A stretch of DNA of 64,000 nucleotides. Source: Candidatus Woesearchaeota archaeon. GTDB lineage: Archaea; Nanobdellota; Nanobdellia; Woesearchaeales; JAAOYA01. Location: assembly GCA_018221105.1 (NCBI GenBank), contig JAAOYA010000008.1:1-64000 (forward strand). The letters run 5' to 3'. The notes beneath the pieces were generated by a model. The model saw only the letters and a list, made by a program, of their open reading frames with translations, had not been told where the DNA came from and did not search any database. A program made the translations under genes and the position numbers. This document shows, one piece after another, positions 17,701 through 26,658 of this stretch. Numbering within the stretch: the stretch's first letter is position 1; every line of letters starts with the position of its first letter.

Positions 17701-18205
17701 AGTTTGTGAGTTAGCAAAAAGCGGTAAATTGCTTTACAGTGATGATTATGTTGTTGCAGCGATGCATCCAAAACCAACTGTTAAAGGTCACGTGTTAGTG
17801 TTTGCAAAGGAGCATCATCAAATTATTACTCAAGTTCCACAAGCAGTTTTGTCACAATTGTTTGATAAGGCTAAAATGATGGCTGGTTTTGTTTTTGACG
17901 CCTTGCAGGCTGAGGGCACTAATATAATAGCCCCTAACGGCACTATCGCTGGTCAGACTGACGCACATTTTGCTATGCATGTGTTGCCGCGTTTTGCAAA
18001 TGATGGTTTGAATTTTGATTGGCAGCCAAAACAATATCCTGAAGAAAAACTTGATGAGCTCTTAGGACTCTTAAATGAAGTACAAGTTGGCGAGGAAAGT
18101 TTTGCTGATCAAGAAATAATACTTGATACTGAACCTAAAGAGGTTAGTTCTACTGTGCCGCCTGATAAGAATTATCAATTAAAGCATTTAAGACGTATTC
18201 CTTAA
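17693..18205 (+). CDS. HIT-family protein with degenerate triad
   Basis: MCEVC, GHVLVFAKEH, GQTDAHFAMHVLPR. ATG at 17693 follows a GAGGAG site. Confidence 0.85.
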   Translation: MCEVCELAKSGKLLYSDDYVVAAMHPKPTVKGHVLVFAKEHHQIITQVPQAVLSQLFDKAKMMAGFVFDALQAEGTNIIAPNGTIAGQTDAHFAMHVLPRFANDGLNFDWQPKQYPEEKLDELLGLLNEVQVGEESFADQEIILDTEPKEVSSTVPPDKNYQLKHLRRIP

Positions 18206-19059
18206 ACAATTAATTCTATAAATCTTAATAGTATATTGTCAAAAAATAGTGTTAACAAATATGCTATTAGAAAGCTTGGAACAAATGGTATTCCTTCTTT
18301 TACTAACACGTTTTTTATTTTGTGCTTTTTTAGTGTGTTGATTTGTTGTTGTGATATTCCTAAGTCTTTTGGTCCGACGATTATTTTATTGTTGATTTTT
18401 ACTGTTTTTGCTATCCAGTCTCCGATTGTTAGTTTTGATGGTGGTAGTGTTGTGTACATGCAAGTGTTTTCTACTGCTTTGACGTACAACCATAAGTAAT
18501 GGATTGTAGCTGATAATATGGTCATTATCGCGGTGCTGATTTGTAATGCTTTGTTTGGCGTTGTTAATGTGATGATTAACAGTATTATTGTTATGCTTAA
18601 TGCCCAATATTTTGAGTGTTTTGCTTTTGTTGTTTTAGCGATTTTTTTTATTTCAGCATAAACTTTTTTATGATTTTTTATTGCTAAAGTTGTGCTCCAG
18701 GCCAGTCCATAGAATGCTCCTGCTATTAGCATGTTGGCTAGTAGACTTATCAGAAATGAGTTTGGTGTTAGTTGCAGTCCTAGCATTGCACCTAGTCCCA
18801 TTAGCATTTTTGAGTCTCCGCCGCCCCATTGGCCGCCGTAGTACATTAATACTGCTATTATGAAGAATACTCCAAATCCTGCTAGTCCTTCTAGTAGTGG
18901 TGTGAAGCTTGTTGTGTTGATGCTTTGTAGGCCTCTTATGCCAAAACCTGTGATTATTAATCCGTAGTTTAGCCAGTCTGGTACTTCTCGTGTTTTGATG
19001 TCTGTGATTGTTGCTATTATTAGTGCTGTTATTGTTATTGTTGTGATTATTGCTAGCAT
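18202..19059 (-). CDS. A24 family prepilin/preflagellin peptidase (FlaK/PibD-like)
   Basis: TDIKTREVPD, GGGDSK, GIPFVP, multiple transmembrane helices. Confidence 0.88.
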   Translation of the reverse strand: MLAIITTITITALIIATITDIKTREVPDWLNYGLIITGFGIRGLQSINTTSFTPLLEGLAGFGVFFIIAVLMYYGGQWGGGDSKMLMGLGAMLGLQLTPNSFLISLLANMLIAGAFYGLAWSTTLAIKNHKKVYAEIKKIAKTTKAKHSKYWALSITIILLIITLTTPNKALQISTAIMTILSATIHYLWLYVKAVENTCMYTTLPPSKLTIGDWIAKTVKINNKIIVGPKDLGISQQQINTLKKHKIKNVLVKEGIPFVPSFLIAYLLTLFFDNILLRFIELIV

Positions 19060-19125
19060 GTTATTTTTTTGTTTTTTTACACTTAAAAAACCATATAGTG
19101 TTACTTAATAGTGGTAAATTTATCG

Positions 19126-19139
19126 AAAGCTTTATATAT
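19126..19139 (+). promoter_or_regulatory. Archaeal BRE/TATA promoter
   Basis: GAAAGCTTTATATA upstream of the GH15-like gene. Confidence 0.55.
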
Positions 19140-19194
19140 CAGTATACACTACCTAGTAGTAACAAATCATGGTGGGGTGTCTAACTTGCTAAAC

Positions 19195-20199
19195 ATGCTT
19201 TACAAAAAAAAATCGCAAAAAATATTAAAACAATTACAGCACGATAACGGTTTATTCGTAGCTAGTGGAAACGCTAAAAAAACACACTACGGAAGACAAG
19301 CCTGGATTCGTGACACAATCTATGAAGCCAAAGGACTAGAAAAAGTCAAAGACTTAAAATCAGTACAAAAGGCTTATCACGCTCTTTTTGACATATTCTT
19401 AAAACACGAATACAAAATCGATTTCGCAATAGCAAAAAAACCACTATACAAACACGAGTACATTCACGCACGATACTGTCCTAACACACTAGAAGAATTT
19501 CATGAAGACTGGGGCAACATGCAAAACGACGCAGTCGGAGCATTCTTGTTCAAAGTCGGAGACTTAAAAGAAAAAGATATCGAGTTAGTACGCAATGAAA
19601 ACGATCATAGAATACTACAAAAACTAGTACAATACCTACAAAGTATTGAGTACTGGCAGCACGAAGACAACGGCATCTGGGAAGAAAACGAAGAAATACA
19701 CTCATCTTCTGTCGGCGCTTGCCTTGCAGGACTGCAAAAAATCAGCAGTTATGTTGACGTACCACAAGAACTTATCAAAAAAGGACAAGAAAAACTCAAC
19801 GAACTATTACCACGAGAGTCAATTACAAAAGAAGTTGATCTAGCACAATTATCATTAATCTACCCGTTCAATGTAGTGAACGATCATCAAAAACGCCAAA
19901 TACTCTACAACGTAGAGATGAAACTAGTACGTGAAAACGGAGTTATCCGATACCACGACGATTACTACTTCAACAACGGTGTATCAGAAGCAGAATGGTG
20001 CTTTGGATTTCCATGGCTTGCAAAAATCTACAAAGACGCAGGCAACAAAACACGCTACAAACACTACCTAAAAAAAACACACGATGCCATGAACGCAAAA
20101 GGTGAACTGCCAGAATTGTACTACGGCAAAAGCAACTTGTACAATGAAAACACTCCACTAGGATGGAGCCAGGCAATGTACCTATGCGCGATAAGTTAA
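19195..20199 (+). CDS. Glycoside hydrolase family 15-like protein
   Basis: WIRD, QNDAVG, DNGIWEE, PLGWSQA. ATG at 19195 preferred to GTG at 19111. Confidence 0.75.
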   Translation: MLYKKKSQKILKQLQHDNGLFVASGNAKKTHYGRQAWIRDTIYEAKGLEKVKDLKSVQKAYHALFDIFLKHEYKIDFAIAKKPLYKHEYIHARYCPNTLEEFHEDWGNMQNDAVGAFLFKVGDLKEKDIELVRNENDHRILQKLVQYLQSIEYWQHEDNGIWEENEEIHSSSVGACLAGLQKISSYVDVPQELIKKGQEKLNELLPRESITKEVDLAQLSLIYPFNVVNDHQKRQILYNVEMKLVRENGVIRYHDDYYFNNGVSEAEWCFGFPWLAKIYKDAGNKTRYKHYLKKTHDAMNAKGELPELYYGKSNLYNENTPLGWSQAMYLCAIS

Positions 20200-20209
20200 T
20201 CAAACTCAT

Positions 20210-20289
20210 ATTGATTGCGGGGCTCAACTGTTTTTAATTCAGTTTTGACCCACCCCTCCCTTGAATTGACGTGGGTCCCGCAAATCAAT
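20210..20289 (+). other. Intergenic structured element (17-bp stem with nested hairpin and CACCCCTCC)
   Basis: ATTGATTGCGGGGCTCA pairs with TGGGTCCCGCAAATCAAT, using two G-U pairs and one bulge. Confidence 0.55.
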
Positions 20290-20306
20290 TTTCAAAGGTG
20301 AAAAAA

Positions 20307-20675
20307 ATGACAAACAAATATTCAACTTCAATGTTGCAAATACAAAGAGTGGATACATACAAAGAGCTCAGAGATAGAGTAAAAAGTATAGAACAACAAA
20401 CAAGTATTAGGCCAAAAGTAAAAGTAGCAGCTATTGACGGTGAAGCTTATATGTTAATGACCGATGGCACAATGGAACATCCTCGTGCTTACTGGCACAT
20501 ACCACCAGAAACTCTTGATGAACAATCACGAAAACGTGACATTCCAATAATCAACGGCAATGCAGTACAAGAAGAAAAAACTCTTATAGAAGCCATAAGA
20601 ACACAAGAGACAGAGCGTCGGGCTCAAGAACAACTCGATTCAATAGACGAGTTTTTGTCGGGATTGAAAAAGTGA
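20307..20675 (+). CDS. Hypothetical protein
   Basis: ORF with AGGTGA ribosome-binding site before ATG at 20307. Confidence 0.65.
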   Translation: MTNKYSTSMLQIQRVDTYKELRDRVKSIEQQTSIRPKVKVAAIDGEAYMLMTDGTMEHPRAYWHIPPETLDEQSRKRDIPIINGNAVQEEKTLIEAIRTQETERRAQEQLDSIDEFLSGLKK

Positions 20676-21013
20676 CTAAAAACAAATGTGCAACACAACT
20701 ACCTGCAAAAGAATACATTAAAGTTGTAGAAAGAGCTACTTTAATGTTACAAGAAGGCAATTTAGAACAAGGACTTATTAGCATAGGAGAGCGCGAAGAC
20801 TGGGCTTACTTCTTATTTAATCCAACCAACAAAGTTGGAGCTTTTTATACTACTATATCAAGTTTACATAAAGAAGGTTTGGATTGTGATGCTCTAAAAG
20901 TTGAAAAAGCAGATATGACAATATACTCTAAAAGAGCAAACTTATCACAATGTCCAATACTAGAAGAAATTATTAATTCTATAAGAGAACAACACAAAGA
21001 AAGAAAAGTTTAG
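20672..21013 (+). CDS. Hypothetical protein
   Basis: GTGA overlap with the upstream gene. Confidence 0.6.
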   Translation: MTKNKCATQLPAKEYIKVVERATLMLQEGNLEQGLISIGEREDWAYFLFNPTNKVGAFYTTISSLHKEGLDCDALKVEKADMTIYSKRANLSQCPILEEIINSIREQHKERKV

Positions 21014-22350
21014 AATTTCATTCCTTTTGGCATTTTTTGCATTAGTTTTTGAAGGTTTTTCTCGCCGCCACCCTTTAACATCTTAGTCATTTTTTTTGCT
21101 TGTTTGTACTGTTTTAAAAGTTCTCGTACTTCTTGAACTGTTGTTCCACTGCCTTGTGCGATGCGTTTTACTCTATCACCATCTAAAACTTCTGGATCTT
21201 CTAATTCATTTTTTGTGCAAGAATCAAGTATAAAACGCCATTTTTTTAGTTTGCCTTCTTGGACTTGCAATGCTCCTTTTGGCATTTTTAATTGTCCCAT
21301 TCCAGGAATCAATTCCATTACTTTACCAAGCGGTCCCATCTTGCTCATCGCTTGCATTTGCTCGTACAAGTCAATAAGATTAAATTCTCCTTTTAAGAAT
21401 CGTTTTCCTAAGTCTTGTGCTTCTTCTTGAGTTATTGCCTCACTTGCTTTTTCTAATAATGCTTTAATATCGCCCATTCCCAACATTCTTGATACGAATC
21501 CTTGAGGGTCAAATTTTTCAAAAGCATCAATTTTCTCGCCAACACCTACGAATTTTACTTTTGCTCCTGTGACTTGACATGCTGCTAGTGCTCCGCCGCC
21601 TTTAGCAGTACCGTCAAGTTTTGTGATGATTACTCCTGTGATTTTTACTGCGTCGTGAAATGCTTGTGCTTGTTTTTGTGCTGTTTGTCCAATGTCAGCG
21701 CCAATTATTAGTAGTGCTTCTGTTGGCTTTACTACTTTTGCTAGTTTGTTTAATTCTTCAATCAAATCATTGCTTAGGGCGTCGCGTCCTGCTGTGTCAA
21801 CTATTGTTAAATCATACTTTGATAGTTCTTTTTCAAAAGTTTTATAGATTTTTATTGGGTCCTTGCTTTTTGGATCGCCAAAAACTTTCACGTCTAATTG
21901 TTTGCCTAGAGTTTCTAATTGTTTGTAAGCTGCTGGGCGCCAAGTGTCAGTTGATAACAATGCTACTTTTTTACCTCTTGTTTTATAGTAACGTGCTAGT
22001 TTTCCAGCAGTTGTTGTTTTACCGTTACCAAAAAGTCCCACAAGCATTATTTTTGAACCTTTTTTTGTGTTTAATTCTTCTTCTTTCTCACCTAAGAAAT
22101 TGACTAGTTCTTCGTAGACAATTTTGACTAATTGCTCTTTTTTAGTCATTGAAGCAGTAGGTTTTTCTTTTGCTCGGTCTCTAATCTTGTTAGAAAGCTC
22201 GAAGACTAATTGTACGTTAACGTCTGACGTTAACAAGGCTCGTTGTATGTCTTTTATTAGCTCGTTTATTAGTTTGTCATCTACTAATACTGCGTTAGTG
22301 ATTTTTTGCAAAGTGTCCTTTAAGGACCCTCCTAGCTTATCAAGTACCAT
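21010..22350 (-). CDS. srp54: Signal recognition particle protein SRP54
   Basis: GLFGNGKTTT, DTAGR, TKLDGTAKGGGAL, Met-rich M domain with RIAQGSG. Confidence 0.97.
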   Translation of the reverse strand: MVLDKLGGSLKDTLQKITNAVLVDDKLINELIKDIQRALLTSDVNVQLVFELSNKIRDRAKEKPTASMTKKEQLVKIVYEELVNFLGEKEEELNTKKGSKIMLVGLFGNGKTTTAGKLARYYKTRGKKVALLSTDTWRPAAYKQLETLGKQLDVKVFGDPKSKDPIKIYKTFEKELSKYDLTIVDTAGRDALSNDLIEELNKLAKVVKPTEALLIIGADIGQTAQKQAQAFHDAVKITGVIITKLDGTAKGGGALAACQVTGAKVKFVGVGEKIDAFEKFDPQGFVSRMLGMGDIKALLEKASEAITQEEAQDLGKRFLKGEFNLIDLYEQMQAMSKMGPLGKVMELIPGMGQLKMPKGALQVQEGKLKKWRFILDSCTKNELEDPEVLDGDRVKRIAQGSGTTVQEVRELLKQYKQAKKMTKMLKGGGEKNLQKLMQKMPKGMKF

Positions 22351-22388
22351 AATACTGTTTTAGAACTCCAAATTATTTATAAAAGTAC

Positions 22389-23003
22389 CTATGGTTTGTC
22401 GACGACACCATAAATTGCTGTTTTTTTGTTATTTTTTTTAGCCCATTGCCTGTCACCATAAGACCAATGCCAGAATTCCATAGGATAATTTACAAGACCT
22501 ACTTTTGTTAAAGCTTGTATCAAAAAATCACGATTTTTTTGAATGTGGTTTGGCAGTTTTGATTGTTTTGTTTTAGAATTCTCTTGATATGTTAGTTTTT
22601 TTGATCGCATTGGAACCAAACGATTATTTCGTACTAGTCGAACGTCAATTGCTGCACCGCAAATATGTCCTGAAGCTTCAAGACCATTAAATGGAGCAAC
22701 ATATTTTTTTGCTTCTTTGATGATTTGTTGTTCTGTCCAATCAGGATTTTGTTTTTTGAACTTTTTCACTATATTTTCAAAAATAGTTTTTTGTTGTTTT
22801 GGAGAACGCCAAGCACTACGAACAACAAATGTTATCCCTTTTGGCAAATGTTTTTGTGCTTGGCAAAGCTTTTTTGCAACAGTTAATCTAGCGTAAGCTT
22901 TAGAATCTGATGGTCTGCTGTAAGGTCCTAAACGAACTATTATTTTTGGACAAACCTTTTTTATATCAACTAGTGGTTCACCACATTCTTTTATTTTAAT
23001 CAT
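22389..23003 (-). CDS. M15 zinc peptidase (D-Ala-D-Ala dipeptidase/VanX-like)
   Basis: SGHICGAAID (SxHxxGxAxD) and EFWHW. Confidence 0.85.
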   Translation of the reverse strand: MIKIKECGEPLVDIKKVCPKIIVRLGPYSRPSDSKAYARLTVAKKLCQAQKHLPKGITFVVRSAWRSPKQQKTIFENIVKKFKKQNPDWTEQQIIKEAKKYVAPFNGLEASGHICGAAIDVRLVRNNRLVPMRSKKLTYQENSKTKQSKLPNHIQKNRDFLIQALTKVGLVNYPMEFWHWSYGDRQWAKKNNKKTAIYGVVDKP

Positions 23004-23033
23004 AAAAAGTGTATTGTAGAATTATTTAAAAAA

Positions 23034-23453
23034 CTAGCGTCGACCGCGACCAACACGACCATTATCTAATCCTTTAACACCATTTAAGTTATATGTTGGA
23101 GGTCTTTGTTTAACTGGATGTTCCAGTACCGCTTTTAATTGTTCTATTGGAGGTGTTGATATTTCAGGCATTCCATAAATTGTATGATAATCTAAATTTC
23201 CAACACCGATATGTCCAATATCGCCTTTGTATACTAAAATCATTAACTCGTCTTCTTGACTTGTCATTACTAGAATATTTTCATCTTGTGAAAGTATCAT
23301 GTTAGGAACTTGTCTTTTTATAGCTTCACAAATATCTCTAGCGCGTTCTTCTCCAGCCAACAATCTTATAGTTTCTTCACTAGGAGGCCACTCTTGATCA
23401 GGCAGATACTCATTAAGTCTAGTCATTAAATCAAATATTTTGTCTTCATTCAT
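23034..23453 (-). CDS. Hypothetical protein
   Basis: 139-aa ORF filling the gap, with TATA-like upstream sequence. Confidence 0.65.
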   Translation of the reverse strand: MNEDKIFDLMTRLNEYLPDQEWPPSEETIRLLAGEERARDICEAIKRQVPNMILSQDENILVMTSQEDELMILVYKGDIGHIGVGNLDYHTIYGMPEISTPPIEQLKAVLEHPVKQRPPTYNLNGVKGLDNGRVGRGRR

Positions 23454-23483
23454 AATAGAACTTTCAAAAATAGTTATTTATAA

Positions 23484-25382
23484 TTATTTCTTTTCATTTA
23501 TTTCTTTTAATAATTGTTTTAAGAATTCGTCAGCTTTCTTGGCGCCTATTACTTGGTTGTCGCGAGTGCGTATTGCTACAGTGCCTTTTTTTATTTCTTG
23601 CTCTCCAACAACTAATATGTAATTGGCCTTGGCTAGTTGTCCGTCACGAACTTTTTTTGAAATGCTTTCAGTACGACTATCAACTTCTACTCTGACGCCT
23701 TTTGCGTCGTAAGCTTTAGCGATTTTGTACGCGTAATCTGCAAATCGGTCTGCTACTGGCAGGATGCGTACTTGTGTTGGCGAGAGCCATAATGGAAATT
23801 TTCCTGCGTAGTGCTCTACTAGTATTCCTATGAATCGCTCTAGCGAGCCATAAATTGTTCTGTGTATCATTACTGGTTGGTGTTTGTCTTCACCGTCTTC
23901 GCCCATGTATGTTAGTTTGAAGCGCTCAGGCATGCTCATGTCTAATTGTATTGTTCCACACTGCCATGTTCTGTTTAGTGCGTCGCGAATGTGAAAATCG
24001 ATTTTTGGTCCGTAGAATGCTCCGTCACCTTCATTTATGTAATATTGTTTTCCAGCTTTTTTTATTCCTTCTTCTAATGCTTTAGTGGTGGTTTCCCATT
24101 GTTTGTCTGTTCCAATGCTTTTTTCTGGTCGTGTTGATAGTTCTATTTTGTATTCAAAGCCGAACATTTTGTAGATTCGCTCTGTGAATTTGATTAGTCG
24201 TGTTATCTCTGATTGTATTTGTTTTTCTGTCATGAATATGTGAGCGTCGTCTTGTGTGAAAGCTCGAACACGAAATAGTCCGTTTAATGTGCCGCTTAAT
24301 TCGTGGCGGTGCACTAATCCTAACTCGCCAACTCTTAGTGGTAATTCTTTGTAGGAGTGTACTCTTTCTTTGTACATTAGCATCCCACCTGGACAATTCA
24401 TTGGTTTTATTGAATAATCCTGATTGTCAATTTTTGTCAAGTACATGTTTTCTTTGTATAATTTCCAATGACCGCTTTTTTCCCAAAGTGTTTTGTTTAA
24501 TATTATTGGAGTGCTGATTTCAACATAACCTTCTTTTTTGTGTTCAGTGCGCCAGTAATCTACTAGTGTATTGTATAAGTGTAGTCCTTTTGGGTGCCAG
24601 AATGGGAAGCCTGGTGCTTCATCGTGAAAACTGAATAGTTCTAGGTCTCTTCCTAGTTTTTTGTGATCGCGTTTTTTTGCTTCTTCGAGTAAGTGCAAGT
24701 ATTGGTTTAATTCTTTTTTGTCAGGAAATGCTACTCCGTAAACGCGTTGTAATTGTTTGTTTTTTGCGTCTCCACGCCAGTATGCTCCTGCTAGTTTTGT
24801 TAGTTTTACTGCTTTTATTTTTGCTGTGCTTGGCACGTGCGGTCCACGGCATAGGTCTACGAATTTTCCGTGTTTGTAGAGTGTGCATTGCTCGTCTCCT
24901 AACTCGTCAATCATCTCAAGTTTGTAGGGTTGGTCTTTTTGTAGTTTTTTTGCTTCATTTTTTTTTACGTCTAATCTTTCGAATACAATGTCTTCTTTGA
25001 TGATTTTTTTCATCTCGCTTTCTAGTTTGTTTAGGTCTTCTGGTGTGAAGGCTCTTTTGAAATCAAAATCGTAATAGAAACCGTCTTCAACTGCCGGACC
25101 AATTGTTAGTTTTATTTGAGGAAATAGTCTTTTTGCTGCTTTTGCTAGTATGTGACTTGCCGAGTGTTTGAATGTTTCTCGACCTTCTGGCTCTTTGAAT
25201 GTGAATATTTGAAATTTGCCGTTTTTGTTTATTTTGGTTGTTAAATCTATCAGTTCATTGTCAAGCTTTGCGACTATTGCGTCTTGTGCTAGTCGTGGGC
25301 CAATACTCTTTGCTACCTCTAATGCAGTGATGCCTTTTTTGTACTGTTTGCTTTTGCCGTCAGGAAATGTTAGTTTTATCAT
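23484..25382 (-). CDS. thrS: Threonine--tRNA ligase (bacterial-type with TGS and editing domains)
   Basis: HSASH, DLCRGPH, RDHKKLG, KPMNCPG, FTQDDAH, FYGPKID, HRTIYGSLERF. Confidence 0.97.
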   Translation of the reverse strand: MIKLTFPDGKSKQYKKGITALEVAKSIGPRLAQDAIVAKLDNELIDLTTKINKNGKFQIFTFKEPEGRETFKHSASHILAKAAKRLFPQIKLTIGPAVEDGFYYDFDFKRAFTPEDLNKLESEMKKIIKEDIVFERLDVKKNEAKKLQKDQPYKLEMIDELGDEQCTLYKHGKFVDLCRGPHVPSTAKIKAVKLTKLAGAYWRGDAKNKQLQRVYGVAFPDKKELNQYLHLLEEAKKRDHKKLGRDLELFSFHDEAPGFPFWHPKGLHLYNTLVDYWRTEHKKEGYVEISTPIILNKTLWEKSGHWKLYKENMYLTKIDNQDYSIKPMNCPGGMLMYKERVHSYKELPLRVGELGLVHRHELSGTLNGLFRVRAFTQDDAHIFMTEKQIQSEITRLIKFTERIYKMFGFEYKIELSTRPEKSIGTDKQWETTTKALEEGIKKAGKQYYINEGDGAFYGPKIDFHIRDALNRTWQCGTIQLDMSMPERFKLTYMGEDGEDKHQPVMIHRTIYGSLERFIGILVEHYAGKFPLWLSPTQVRILPVADRFADYAYKIAKAYDAKGVRVEVDSRTESISKKVRDGQLAKANYILVVGEQEIKKGTVAIRTRDNQVIGAKKADEFLKQLLKEINEKK

Positions 25383-25446
25383 CTTCTCGTCTTTATGTTA
25401 TTGTCTTATTTTTTAAAGTTTTGCTAAAAGATAATAAAAATACAAT

Positions 25447-25791
25447 TTAGAATAATTCTCTTTTGTGGGTGAAGTAATCTGCGCCTGCTTTTTTTGCTTT
25501 TTTTTCAAATGATGGGTTGGTGCTTGTCGCGATAATTGTGCCTGTGTAACCTTTTTGTCTTAAATGTGTTATGAACTCTAATCCTTCAACATTCGATAGG
25601 TCTGTTGGGTTGAGGTTTATGTCGCTGATTATTAATGCAGGGTTTGTTTTTGAGCATATTTTCTTGGCAGCTTTTTGGTTATAAGTGCTCATTACGCTTA
25701 TTTGAGGGTTTTTAAATGTTAGACTGATTATAGAAGCAATTCTATTGTGTAGTGTTTCGTGGTCGTCTAATACTAGTATGTTTAGTGACAT
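25447..25791 (-). CDS. Single-domain response regulator receiver (CheY-like)
   Basis: ILVLDD, IISDINL, EGLEF, GADYFTHK. Confidence 0.8.
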   Translation of the reverse strand: MSLNILVLDDHETLHNRIASIISLTFKNPQISVMSTYNQKAAKKICSKTNPALIISDINLNPTDLSNVEGLEFITHLRQKGYTGTIIATSTNPSFEKKAKKAGADYFTHKRELF

Positions 25792-25854
25792 AGTAAGTTG
25801 AATATAGTAGGAATATATAAAACTTATTCTTATTGACTACTTAATAGTAGTTAA

Positions 25855-26658
25855 TCAAGTAGTTATTGTTCTTGCCTGTAAAACATAAAATTTTTTATTT
25901 GTAAAAGAATATTCAACGTCAACTACTTGTTTAAAAAATCGCTCTATTTTAATTGATTGTTTTGCCACATGTAATATTTGTTTGTCAGAAAGTTTTTGTT
26001 TATTTTTTTGTGTGCCAACAAGTTTTTTAATTGTTTTTTTGCCATTAACAAAACAAATAATTTTGTCCTGAACACTGATTTTTTTATCAAGTATCTTCAA
26101 TGATTTTTTATCAATCAAATACTGATCTGGAGTAATAATCCCTGAAACCAATGCTTCTCCAAAACCAATTCCTGCCTCAACAAATATAGTATTAGTATCG
26201 CCACTTACTGGATGTTTGGTAAAACAAACACCTGAAACACTGCTTTTGATCATTGGCTGAACCAACACTGACAATTGCAAATTGGATTTTTTGATGTTTT
26301 GGAGTTTAGAGTAAGCTAGTATTGAAGGATTATTTATCCTATTAAAACATTTTTTTATGGTGTTGATTAGTTGGTCGCGTCGTACTCCTAGATAACTGTT
26401 AAATTGCCCTGCAAAACTGTAGTTTTTGGAATCTTCAAGGTTTGCTGAGCTGCGCACTGCAACACTACCAGTTTTTAATCCATCAAAAAGTGAAAGAATA
26501 GTATTCGATTGTTTGTCTAAATTGTTTTGTTCATCAGTTGTTATGACAAAACCTTGTGGTACATTAAAACCTTTTTGTAAAAGTTTTGCAAGAGCGCTTG
26601 CCTTACCACCGACAATTTTATAATCATTGTTTATTAAATCACTTAATTGTTTTATCAT
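25855..26658 (-). CDS. PEP/pyruvate-binding ATP-grasp domain protein (stand-alone N-terminal dikinase domain)
   Basis: VGGKASAL, VAVRSSANLED, SFAGQF, DVEY, LQARTIT. Confidence 0.88.
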   Translation of the reverse strand: MIKQLSDLINNDYKIVGGKASALAKLLQKGFNVPQGFVITTDEQNNLDKQSNTILSLFDGLKTGSVAVRSSANLEDSKNYSFAGQFNSYLGVRRDQLINTIKKCFNRINNPSILAYSKLQNIKKSNLQLSVLVQPMIKSSVSGVCFTKHPVSGDTNTIFVEAGIGFGEALVSGIITPDQYLIDKKSLKILDKKISVQDKIICFVNGKKTIKKLVGTQKNKQKLSDKQILHVAKQSIKIERFFKQVVDVEYSFTNKKFYVLQARTITT

